From the NCBI GenBank assembly GCA_040218735.1, contig JAVJQW010000057.1:416001-480000 (forward strand): a DNA stretch of 64,000 bases. The letters run 5' to 3'. The position numbers and the translations under genes were made by a program. The notes beneath the pieces were generated by a model that saw nothing but the letters and a program-made list of their open reading frames with translations, was not told where the DNA came from and did no database searches. Origin of the DNA: Deltaproteobacteria bacterium. GTDB taxonomy: Bacteria; Myxococcota; Kuafuiibacteriia; Kuafuiibacteriales; Kuafuiibacteriaceae. Shown here piece after piece: positions 50,622-62,275 of this stretch (its first letter is position 1; every line of letters begins with the position of its first letter).

Positions 50622-52445
50622 ATGAAGCCATCCAACGCTCTGGGAGGTCTGATTCCGTGCGCAATGCTGGGCGTGTGCGGCGCGCCCGCTCACGCCATCG
50701 CCGACGACGTGGAGCTCGTGTGTCCGACGCCCGTCCCGTTCGTCGAAGTGTCCGGCACGGCGACTTTCGACCTCGACGGAGTGTCCGGCGTAAAGCTCTC
50801 GAAGAAGGGAGACGCGGGTAAGTTCCGCGTCATCAACGCCGGCCCGACACCGGTCGTTCGCGTGGACACGGTCGAGGCGAAGCCGCGAACGATCGCGTGC
50901 GGGCGCGTCGACGACAAGAAGCTCTACCAACTCACCCTCGACGGTGGCGCTCCAGGGCCCGTTCGCATCCGGGTGTACGCCGACGCTCTGGACAAGCCAC
51001 CCAAGTGGGCGGATCGGACCGCCGAGCGAAAGAAGGCGCTGCGCGAGAAGTGGGCGAAGGGTGAACCTCGTCTACTCATGCACTCCTGGCTGGCGCCGTC
51101 GCTGAGTGCGGTGAAGGACGCCGTCGCCGCTCGCGGTTCCGAGAAGTCCGAAGATGCAGAGCGTCACGCTCGTGCCACCCTCGAACGTGAAGTGAAACGC
51201 GCCAGGGTCCCGGGCTGCACCACGCGCGATCCCGAGACGGCCAGCGACGACGTGAACGCATTCTGCGACTGGGAGCGCCAAAGCATACTCACGCTCGCCG
51301 CGCTGAAGTCGAAGTTCGAGAAGTACGTCCAGGGCAATGAACACGATCTGAGCGGACTCGTTGCGCTCCAGGTCGCGATCGGTGACCTCACCAAGGACGA
51401 CGCGCACTGCAAGACGGTCCCGGAGCTCAGGTGGCTCGCGCTGAACACTGTCTATCGCCTCCGGCTCGACGTCGAAGTCCCGCTCGTCGAGGCCGAGCGT
51501 ATCGCGGTCGTCGGCTACGACGAGGGTGAGGAGCGGATCAACGACGTCGACACCGACGGTGTTCGTGCGGTGCTCATCCCCGACGTCCCGGCGGGGACGC
51601 CGTTGGGCTTCCACATCGGGAAGGGCGACCGCGCCGGCAACCCATCGCTCGCGAAGCTCCTGACAACCTTGTTTCCCCTCGTTCGATCCGGGATGGGTGC
51701 AGGACCGTCGAAGAAAACCGAACGGTTCTACAGCCTCTGCTTCGATGACCAGACCAAGGTCAGGATCGACGACGCGATCGCACCCGACGTCCACCGCACG
51801 TCGCGCACACGAATCGTGAGGAAACTCTATGAGGAAAATACGACGAAGGTGACCGCCTGTGCGGAGGCGAGCTGCGATCCCGCCAAGTCCAAACTCATCA
51901 AGAACCAAGTCGTGTTCTCACCGGATCTGGGTTGGGAGTGGACCCTGATGACTACGCTGGCCTTCTCCTACGGCAAAGATCGCGAGCCCAAGTTCGTAGA
52001 GACCGGAGCCCCGACCGGACCCGACCGTCTGTTCGTCGTCGATGACACGCGACGCGCGGAGGAGCGCATCGGCGCCGCCGTGCTGCTCGGCGGCACCTGG
52101 CGCTGGTGCGGCCACGGCTTCGCCGTGGGCGCGGGCCCCACACTCCTACACGGCGGCGGTCAGGGGCCGTTCCGGCAGTGGAACCTCATGTTGGGCTTCG
52201 AGCTCACGAAGGGCGTCTACGCCATGGCGGGCGGCGCGGTGCGCATCGTGAAGGTCGCGGCGGACGGCTTCGAGACCGGGGACGTGGTCGCGATTCCGCG
52301 TGACGACGACAAAGCCAAGGTGCCCACGGTGCGCACGCGCGATCGTGTGACGCCCGAGATGTTCACGGTCGGGATCGGACTCGACCTGTCCGTGCTCGAT
52401 GACGCCGGCGCGAGCGTCCTGAAGGCGATGGGGGTGACGAAATGA
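50622..52445 (+). CDS. Secreted hypothetical protein with C-terminal beta-barrel-like region
   Basis: Signal peptide (..APAHA); amphipathic strands near the C-terminus (FAVGAGP, WNLMLGFEL, FTVGIGLDL). Confidence 0.72.
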   Translation: MKPSNALGGLIPCAMLGVCGAPAHAIADDVELVCPTPVPFVEVSGTATFDLDGVSGVKLSKKGDAGKFRVINAGPTPVVRVDTVEAKPRTIACGRVDDKKLYQLTLDGGAPGPVRIRVYADALDKPPKWADRTAERKKALREKWAKGEPRLLMHSWLAPSLSAVKDAVAARGSEKSEDAERHARATLEREVKRARVPGCTTRDPETASDDVNAFCDWERQSILTLAALKSKFEKYVQGNEHDLSGLVALQVAIGDLTKDDAHCKTVPELRWLALNTVYRLRLDVEVPLVEAERIAVVGYDEGEERINDVDTDGVRAVLIPDVPAGTPLGFHIGKGDRAGNPSLAKLLTTLFPLVRSGMGAGPSKKTERFYSLCFDDQTKVRIDDAIAPDVHRTSRTRIVRKLYEENTTKVTACAEASCDPAKSKLIKNQVVFSPDLGWEWTLMTTLAFSYGKDREPKFVETGAPTGPDRLFVVDDTRRAEERIGAAVLLGGTWRWCGHGFAVGAGPTLLHGGGQGPFRQWNLMLGFELTKGVYAMAGGAVRIVKVAADGFETGDVVAIPRDDDKAKVPTVRTRDRVTPEMFTVGIGLDLSVLDDAGASVLKAMGVTK

Positions 52446-53404
52446 AGAAGCTAGGAATGTTGCTTTGCGTGCTCACCGCCGGATGTGAGCTCGGCGATGT
52501 GCCGGTGAATGTCGTCCTCGACCCGCCGACCATCCGCGGACTCACGTGCAAGGAGCTGCCCTACGAGGACGGCGGTGCGTTCACCGTCGAGATCGGGGCG
52601 ACCGTTCCGGGCCTCGATCGACCCACGCGGGCGACGGTCGAGATCGTGGAGCCCTTCGGCCTCGACGAAGCGCTCCGCTCGAAGACCATCACGTTGATCG
52701 TCGACGACGAAGTGGAGGACCGCGTCGTCGGGAGCGCGAAGCTCGCCGTCCCGGCCGGCGGTCCAGTACGTGTGAACGTGGCGATCGCAACGACGCAGGA
52801 GAGTGTAGCGTTCACGATTGCGTCGCCTCGGCTCGAGATCGACACCGGCGCGTCGGAGCTCTCGCCATTGTTCGAGCGCTGGCCGATGTGTGTGGCCTCC
52901 AACGCCGCGGGGGACGTCACGCTGCGCGCGGTCGGCGCGAGGCTCGGCGACGACGTCACGAAGACCGTGACACTCGCACGCGACGTCTGCGTGGTGGGTA
53001 CGGGGGATCTGCCCTTCGGCGCGAAGGTCGAGGTCTTCCCCACCGCCGACACGTTCAGCCTGATCGCCACGCACACCGTCGCGCCGAACCTCCGACGGGA
53101 GACGATGATGCTGACCCGCTCGGCGCCATCGCCTATCGACATCGAGCTCACCCCCGTCCCCGCCGATCTGCCCAGCCCGGGTGAGCTCGTCGAGATCACC
53201 GTGGAGGTCGAGCGCGACGGCGCACCCATCAGCGATGCGCCGGTCACCTTCGACGTGGTGCCGTCGGATCTCGAGGTCGTCCCCAGCGCGCCGAAGACCG
53301 ATGCGTCGGGCACCGCGGTCGTCCACTTTCGAGCGCCCGCGAGCGGCGAGGTCCGCGTCGAAGCCATCGTCGGCGAAAGACGCGAGGGCGTGACGCTGCG
53401 ATGA
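52442..53404 (+). CDS. Lipoprotein with C-terminal Big_1/invasin-like Ig domain
   Basis: Lipobox TAGC; G.PI..APVTF...KTDASG.A motif; ATGA-coupled. Confidence 0.78.
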   Translation: MKKLGMLLCVLTAGCELGDVPVNVVLDPPTIRGLTCKELPYEDGGAFTVEIGATVPGLDRPTRATVEIVEPFGLDEALRSKTITLIVDDEVEDRVVGSAKLAVPAGGPVRVNVAIATTQESVAFTIASPRLEIDTGASELSPLFERWPMCVASNAAGDVTLRAVGARLGDDVTKTVTLARDVCVVGTGDLPFGAKVEVFPTADTFSLIATHTVAPNLRRETMMLTRSAPSPIDIELTPVPADLPSPGELVEITVEVERDGAPISDAPVTFDVVPSDLEVVPSAPKTDASGTAVVHFRAPASGEVRVEAIVGERREGVTLR

Positions 53405-54006
53405 GACGTGCGCTCGACCCCTCGTTCTTCAGCAGTACGCTTCGGCCGCTCGACAGCATCGTCGACGTCCCGCCGGCCCGAGGCGGGCTCGTTCGTTTGC
53501 GTCCCCGTGTTCGCTTGGCGCCCCAGGGCGGCCGCCCCTGGTGCTGGGCCTGTGTCACGAGCGCCATCGTGAACTTCTATCGAGGTCGCAATGTCCTCGA
53601 ACCGTGTCGCGTCGCGAACCGGTACCCACCGCGGGACTGTTGCGCGCGCCCCGACGGCTGCAACACCGAAGCCGCCCTGTCCAACATCCTCGACGAGCTG
53701 CGCGCGCTCGAGAAGCCACCACACGGCGTTCTGCCCCATCGTGCGCCGAACCACGATGCGATTCGCGCTCAGATCGAAGCGAACCGGATCGTCGCGGTGC
53801 TGACGCGCCGTTGGGATGGGCACTTCGTCATCGTCGAAGCGATCAGTCGCAATCGCGTCGGCGGCGTCGTCCGCATCCTCGACCCCGAGCGGCCCGACCC
53901 GCAGGACGTCGCGTGGCCACCCGATGACTGGGCGGAGTGGTACGCGACGAAACCGCCCCGGCCGGGCGCGGAAGACATCTTCCCGAAGGAGCAAGTCCAT
54001 GGATGA
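53401..54006 (+). CDS. Papain-like cysteine protease (C39/C70-like)
   Basis: Q-x5-CWA, GHFVIV and ILDP catalytic pattern; ATGA-coupled. Confidence 0.78.
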   Translation: MRRALDPSFFSSTLRPLDSIVDVPPARGGLVRLRPRVRLAPQGGRPWCWACVTSAIVNFYRGRNVLEPCRVANRYPPRDCCARPDGCNTEAALSNILDELRALEKPPHGVLPHRAPNHDAIRAQIEANRIVAVLTRRWDGHFVIVEAISRNRVGGVVRILDPERPDPQDVAWPPDDWAEWYATKPPRPGAEDIFPKEQVHG

Positions 54007-54661
54007 GCAAGCATTCACACGTTTCATCGAGGTCAGCGGCGCCGCCGGTCTGATCGGGATGGTGGCGGTCCAGGTCTACAAAGAGGTCGCGCGACCGCGA
54101 CGCGCGTTCCACCGGGCGCTGCTCGAGGATCGCTTCACAAAGAAGTGGACCCAGGTGTTGCCGCTCCCCAAGGACGGCGAGAGCAAGCAGTACGAAGACA
54201 CGCTGCTCCTGCTCGATCCGAAGGCGCTGGTCGACGAGCTCCTCGCCGTCGCGCGGCTCGCGATCGCGTCGGCGGACGATTCGAGCGTCGAGATCCTGCG
54301 AGTCCTCAGCGGCCTCGACGAGATCGACGCGACGAAGCTGAGCGACATCGTCGACACGTCGGACGCCGACGACGAGGAAGCGGCCCGCGAAGAGGAGCTC
54401 GACGCCCGCGAGACCTACGCGCGCCGCCTCTACATGCGCATCGAGCGACGCCTCGCCGAGTGGCGCGCCATCGCAGAGACGAGGTGGCGCCTCCGGATGC
54501 GCGTGCTCTCGGGAGCCTTCGCGTTCTTCGCCTTCTTCTTCCTCTTCGAAAACGTCGGCGTGCTGGACGGCATCATGGCGGCGCTCCTCGGCGCGGCGAT
54601 CGCGCCGCTCTACAAGGACCTCCTCACCGCGGCGAACCTGCTGAACCAGAAGACCAAATGA
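53999..54661 (+). CDS. Hypothetical membrane protein (1 N-terminal and 2 C-terminal TMs)
   Basis: 220 aa; 8-nt overlap with the protease gene; ends GAAIAPLYKDLL. Confidence 0.75.
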   Translation: MDEQAFTRFIEVSGAAGLIGMVAVQVYKEVARPRRAFHRALLEDRFTKKWTQVLPLPKDGESKQYEDTLLLLDPKALVDELLAVARLAIASADDSSVEILRVLSGLDEIDATKLSDIVDTSDADDEEAAREEELDARETYARRLYMRIERRLAEWRAIAETRWRLRMRVLSGAFAFFAFFFLFENVGVLDGIMAALLGAAIAPLYKDLLTAANLLNQKTK

Positions 54662-55067
54662 ACTGGGCGGTACGTACGCTCCGAGTCCGCGCCCTCAGGG
54701 TTCGTGTCGTTCGTTCGGGTCATGCGTACCACAGGACTGCGATCACACTCGGGGCGCACCGGACGAACACACTGACTGGTCTGCTCTGCAAGCTGTCTTG
54801 CGCTCAGCCGAAGGAACGCCGAACGCCCGCGTGAAGGTCAGCGCGCGGACTCGAAGACGTCGATCAATCCTGCACGGGCGCGGTGTACCGACGACCGCGC
54901 CCCGACACCTCCTGAATGCGACCTTTCGCCTCCGCTCGATGAACGAGGGCCACCGTACGGAGGGAAGGCTCCTCCGGTCGCGTGCGTAGGTCGTCGTGGT
55001 TCTGGGAACCCACTGCGAAGCAAGCTGCCTTGCAGTGCACTCGGGGGGACAAGGAGCAACGACCGAC

Positions 55068-57863
<2,796 letters not shown>

Positions 57864-57930
57864 CGCCGACCCGGATCCGATCGGGCGCACCTTGAGGACC
57901 AACTCGGGCGCCCGGTCGGGTTCTTCGGCG
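57864..57930 (+). terminator. Extended GC-rich hairpin after the subtilase gene
   Basis: ccgatcgggcgc / gcgcccggtcgg arms flanked by cgccga / tcggcg. Confidence 0.4.
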
Positions 57931-57931
57931 C

Positions 57932-58135
57932 ATGTCGACCCCCGCTCTGCTCCTCTTCGAAGAGCCGACCGCGCTCCACTTCGTGCGCATCGACCCGGCG
58001 AAGGCCAGCCTCTCGATCCACGCCCCGAACCTGAAGCTGCACCTCGCGGGGAGCTACGAGACCGACTTGAACGAGAACGACGACGACCCCGAGCAGTGGC
58101 CGATCCCGAACCTCCTCGCCGTCCGCGCGCCCTGA
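57932..58135 (+). CDS. Short hypothetical protein or gene remnant
   Basis: 67-aa ORF with strong GC3 codon bias. Confidence 0.5.
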   Translation: MSTPALLLFEEPTALHFVRIDPAKASLSIHAPNLKLHLAGSYETDLNENDDDPEQWPIPNLLAVRAP

Positions 58136-58210
58136 TCGTTCGCGCTGCGCACGGTTGTCGCCGCTGTCCACGGCGTGGACAGCGCGACACCGCAGGCCCT
58201 GCTCCAAGCG

Positions 58211-58228
58211 ACGGCACGCGAGCTGCAC
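58211..58228 (+). promoter_or_regulatory. Putative sigma54 -24/-12 promoter
   Basis: ACGGCACGCGAGCTGCAC has GG-N10-GC spacing; ATG 58241 follows 14 nt after the GC. Confidence 0.5.
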
Positions 58229-58240
58229 ACGTCAGGGGTG

Positions 58241-59038
58241 ATGACTCGTGAACGCAAAGCGGCGCGCTCCGCTCGCAGGACGACCTGGGTCGGCGCGGGG
58301 ATCGCGCTCGTCCTGGCGCTTGGCCTCTTTGGGCTGCCTCCGCACTTCGTGTTCTCCCCGCCGGTGTTGATCGGCGCCATCGCCGCGCTCGTGTTCGCGC
58401 ACGTCGGCGGTGGGGTGACGGCGCGCGCCGTGGCGCAGCCCGGTGTGGTCGGCCTCCTCGCGGGAGCGGCGCTCGCGGTCGTCGTCGTCGGGCTCGGCGC
58501 CTTCGTCGGAGGGCTCGCCGCGATGCTCGTTTCGCCGGGCGGCTTCGACCTCTTCGACACGTACAAACCCGTCTACTGGGTCGTGATGGTCGGCGGCGTG
58601 CCGGCCATCGCGCTCGGGTGTGTGCACGCCGTCCGTGTCGGTCGCGTCGGTCGCGTTGGCGGCGAGCCTTCGAGCGGCCGCGTGCGCACGGCCGTGGTCG
58701 CGGCGCTCGTCCTCCTCGCTCCCGTCGCGATCACGATGCTGTTCGTCGACCGCCACGAGACGGTCGTCCACGCCATGCGCCTCACCGCGGTTTCCGCCGA
58801 CGCCGGGACGTACGAGCTGGAGTTCGTCGACTTCCCGAACCATCGCGAACGAATCTGGGCACCGGGCTTCGGTGACTTCGTCGAGGGCCGGCCCGACGGG
58901 ATCGTGAACGTGCGGCATCAGGTCATGCGCGACTTCGGCCGCGTGCGTGGTTACCGCCTCCTCGGCATCGATGGTTGGGACGGCGCCCTCGACATGCGGG
59001 GCGGCGGCGCTTCGCCCGGTCCGTCTCCGTGGGACTGA
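58241..59038 (+). CDS. Hypothetical multi-pass membrane protein
   Basis: About 5 hydrophobic segments and a short soluble C-terminal domain. Confidence 0.65.
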   Translation: MTRERKAARSARRTTWVGAGIALVLALGLFGLPPHFVFSPPVLIGAIAALVFAHVGGGVTARAVAQPGVVGLLAGAALAVVVVGLGAFVGGLAAMLVSPGGFDLFDTYKPVYWVVMVGGVPAIALGCVHAVRVGRVGRVGGEPSSGRVRTAVVAALVLLAPVAITMLFVDRHETVVHAMRLTAVSADAGTYELEFVDFPNHRERIWAPGFGDFVEGRPDGIVNVRHQVMRDFGRVRGYRLLGIDGWDGALDMRGGGASPGPSPWD

Positions 59039-59086
59039 GCTCGTCGCGGCGTGACATCGAGTCAGTCGGCGACGACAATCCGCGCG

Positions 59087-59725
59087 ATGCACGTGGAGTC
59101 GATCGACGCGGTCATGTCGTGGCGCGAAGCGCTCGCCGCGCCCGCGGCGAAGCGGCGCTGGGCGCTTACGGCATTGCTCATCGTCTTCGCGGCGGTGAGC
59201 TTTTCGACGTTCGTTCAGTGGGTCGAAGGTCGCCCCGGCGCGGTCCTCGAAGATCCCGTCCTGCCCTTCCTCCCGCGCGCCGATCTCACCTGGTTCACGT
59301 TCGCGATGGTCTACGCCGTCACGATCGCGGCCATCCTCCGCGCGCTGAAGCGCCCGCTCTTGTTGATGCGCATCCTGCAGGTCTACGCCGGAATGCTCCT
59401 CATCCGAATCGTCGCCATGTACCTGCTCCCCCTCGACCCACCCGCCGACGCGATCCCCCTCGCGGACCCCATCGCGGCGATCCTTTTTGCGAGTGAGTCG
59501 GCCCCGACCCGCGACCTCTTCTTCTCCGGCCACACGGCCACCGCCTGCGTCGTGTTGTTCACGACGAAGGACCGCCGGTGGATGCTGGTGTTCGCGCTCG
59601 CAGCGCTCGTCATCGCCACCGCGGTGCTCGTGCAGCGCGTGCACTACACGATCGATGTCTTCGGCGCGCCGTTCTTCGTGTGGGCGGTGTGCAGCGTGTT
59701 GAACGCTGCCGCGAAGAAAAATTAA
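59087..59725 (+). CDS. Sphingomyelin/IPC-synthase-like PAP2-superfamily membrane enzyme
   Basis: DLFFSGHT and RVHYTIDV motifs; six TMs. Confidence 0.8.
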   Translation: MHVESIDAVMSWREALAAPAAKRRWALTALLIVFAAVSFSTFVQWVEGRPGAVLEDPVLPFLPRADLTWFTFAMVYAVTIAAILRALKRPLLLMRILQVYAGMLLIRIVAMYLLPLDPPADAIPLADPIAAILFASESAPTRDLFFSGHTATACVVLFTTKDRRWMLVFALAALVIATAVLVQRVHYTIDVFGAPFFVWAVCSVLNAAAKKN

Positions 59726-59787
59726 GCGCCGCGTGATCGATCGAGCGGGGTGCCCTCACGGCGTCGCTAGCCGAAAGGGGTCCCGCA

Positions 59788-61980
59788 TTGAATCGAACAC
59801 CACACCATCGAGCACTCCCTGCCATCTTGGTCCTCGCCGCCGCCTGTGGCGACACCACCGTCGTCGAGCTCCCACCGACCGTCCGCGTCGAACCCGCTTC
59901 GCGCGACCTCGCGGTGGGCGAGCTTCTCCAGCTGCGCGTCATCGAAGAAGACAACAACGAAGACGAGGACATTACGAGCCACGTCACCGCCTGGAAGATC
60001 ACGTCCGAGCCCGCCACCGGGGTGGTCGCGATCTCGAATCACGTCCTGACCGCGGAGGGCATCGGAGTCGCGACCATCGAGGCCGACCTCGGTCGGCCCG
60101 ACAACCCCACCGCCAACATCCGCGTCACCCACGCCCCGCTCGTCGACATCGAGCTGCGGCCCCAGACGCTGACAATGCACCCGGAGGCGCAGGAGCGCCT
60201 CGACGTCTTCGGAATCTACGCGGACGACTCCGAGTCACTCCTCGGCATCGACCGAAGTTTCGAGTGGCGCGCGATCGATCCGTCGGTGGTGCGCGTCGAC
60301 GAGGGCCTCGTCACCGCGCTCGCACCGGGCCGGTCTCGCGTGGAGGTCGAGCACCAAGGCTACATCGCGTCCGCGAACGTCACCGTGTCCGAGTGTGAGG
60401 TCGCCGGACTCGAGCTCCGCCCCACCGCGCTCGCGCTCCGCACCGGTACCCACGCGGTCCTCGAAGTGTACGCCGAGCGATGTGGGCAGTGGGTGCCCGT
60501 CGCGACGCCGGTCTGCCGCGACGCCTCCGAGGACACGAACGTCATCCTCGTCACCAACGCTCCCGGTGGTTGTCGCGTGAGCGGTGTCTTGGGTGGCGTC
60601 GGGCTGGTCGAAACCGAGCTTGGTGGCTGGACCGCACAGGCCGATGTCACCGTTCAGACCGTCGCGCCGTCGAGCCTCACTTGCGCGCCGGATCGCTTCG
60701 ACCTCGCGGTTGGCGAGCGGTTCGACGCGACCTGCACCGCGACCTACTCGGACGCGAGCACGGAGGACGTCACGGGGCGGGTGACTTGCACCGCGAGCGA
60801 CCCGGCCGTCGCCGGACCGGTCGCGAGCGCTTCGGGCGTCACCCAGACGGAAGGCGTCTCGACCGTCACCTGCATCTACGAAGCGCAGGGCGTCGCGGTC
60901 AGCGACGACATCGTGCTCAACGTGCGGGCCGCCGAAGTCCTCCGAGATGGTTGTGTCATCGAACCCGCTGCGAGCACGATCGAAGTCGGCGAGGTCCTCG
61001 CGCACACGTTGACCTGCTCCTACACCGATGGGCGAACGCCGGTGGACCACACGGCGGATGCCAACTGGACCGCGTCCGCGACCATCGCCTCCGTCGGTAA
61101 CGCACCGTCGGACAAGGGCGAGGTCACCGGCGTCGCAGCCGGCCTGGGTTTGGTGACGGCGACGTTCGCGGGTGAGGTCGCCCAGACGCGCGTCAACGTC
61201 GTTCAGCCCGCGGTGTCCAGTCTGCGCTGCGATCCGGCGGCGTACACGCTGGGTGTGGGTTCGCGTTTTCGCATCACTCCGGTCCTCGAGCTGCAGAGCG
61301 GTGGTGAGATCCCGGCGCCGACGGGCTCGGTGAGTTGGAGCGTCGCGCCGTCCGGGATCTGCTCGGTGAACGCGGGGGGCGACGTCGATGCACTCACGCC
61401 GGGGAGCTGCACGATCACGGGACAGGAGCCCTCGGGTCTGACGTGCCAGGTCGCGGTGACCGTGCTCCGCCGCTGTGACTCACCGTCGATCGATGGCAGC
61501 TTCGCGGGAGGCGCGGGGCTCTGGACGATGGATGCGCCGTGGGGCGTCGCCTCACCTTCCAACGTGGGACCGTCATCCTGCGCGACGGGGAGCTTCTGCG
61601 CGGGGACGAACCCGTCCGGCTTGGTCGGCTGCACCAGCGCCATCCTGTGGACGCGACGTTTCAACCTCTGCACGCTTCAACCGGGTGAGCTGACGATTCG
61701 AGCAAACTTCCGAGCGTGGAAGCAGCTCGGTGGCCACCGAGACGCGTGGGTCGTCATCCAGCGGTACGTCAACAACCAGGCTCAGCCGCTCGAATATGTG
61801 GACTCGATCGACGGGTACTCCGCGAACGCAACCGACTGGAACTCCGACGGCGCAGATCTCACCCAGTACGAGGGTGAGTCGGTCCGGCTTGGGTTCTACC
61901 ACCGAGTGACCGACGGGTTCTTCTGCCGAGGCTCGGCACCTGGGCTCTACATCGATTCCGTGGAGCTCACGGCCTTCTGA
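59788..61980 (+). CDS. Lipoprotein with tandem Big_2-type Ig domains and C-terminal beta-sandwich
   Basis: Lipobox AAAC; repeated 'P....L.VG....Y.D....DVT....W....G.VT....G' units. Confidence 0.85.
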   Translation: MNRTPHHRALPAILVLAAACGDTTVVELPPTVRVEPASRDLAVGELLQLRVIEEDNNEDEDITSHVTAWKITSEPATGVVAISNHVLTAEGIGVATIEADLGRPDNPTANIRVTHAPLVDIELRPQTLTMHPEAQERLDVFGIYADDSESLLGIDRSFEWRAIDPSVVRVDEGLVTALAPGRSRVEVEHQGYIASANVTVSECEVAGLELRPTALALRTGTHAVLEVYAERCGQWVPVATPVCRDASEDTNVILVTNAPGGCRVSGVLGGVGLVETELGGWTAQADVTVQTVAPSSLTCAPDRFDLAVGERFDATCTATYSDASTEDVTGRVTCTASDPAVAGPVASASGVTQTEGVSTVTCIYEAQGVAVSDDIVLNVRAAEVLRDGCVIEPAASTIEVGEVLAHTLTCSYTDGRTPVDHTADANWTASATIASVGNAPSDKGEVTGVAAGLGLVTATFAGEVAQTRVNVVQPAVSSLRCDPAAYTLGVGSRFRITPVLELQSGGEIPAPTGSVSWSVAPSGICSVNAGGDVDALTPGSCTITGQEPSGLTCQVAVTVLRRCDSPSIDGSFAGGAGLWTMDAPWGVASPSNVGPSSCATGSFCAGTNPSGLVGCTSAILWTRRFNLCTLQPGELTIRANFRAWKQLGGHRDAWVVIQRYVNNQAQPLEYVDSIDGYSANATDWNSDGADLTQYEGESVRLGFYHRVTDGFFCRGSAPGLYIDSVELTAF

Positions 61981-61987
61981 ACCCGCA

Positions 61988-62245
61988 CTACCGAGTCCCA
62001 TACCCGGTCGCCGCGCTGGCGGCCGGGATGAGGTTCCCGTCCAGCTGTGGGTCCACCTCGAACGACGCGCCCTCGTGCCCGAAGTTGGCCGACCGATAGA
62101 CCGACAACCCGCGATAGTCGTTCGCGAGAGGTTCCGGCGAACCGTGAGATCAGCTCCCCTGTCGAGAGTAGAAGTCGTCGCCGAGCGCGAGAGACGGCGT
62201 CGTGAGCAGCGCGGTGACGAGGAGGGATGCGAGGCGGCGGGGCAG
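61988..62245 (-). pseudogene. Probable remnant of a secreted-protein gene
   Basis: Reads LPRRLASLLVTALLTTPSLALG-DDFYSRQGS*SHG...; signal-peptide-like, CTG start, internal TGA at 62150-62152. Confidence 0.4.
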
Positions 62246-62275
62246 GCGTGCACTCTAGCAGGCGCCGCATCGTCG

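Noticed and set aside
54800-54845. gccgaagga resembling part of a glycine riboswitch
   Set aside because: The other conserved elements (GGAGA, CTCTCAGG) are absent
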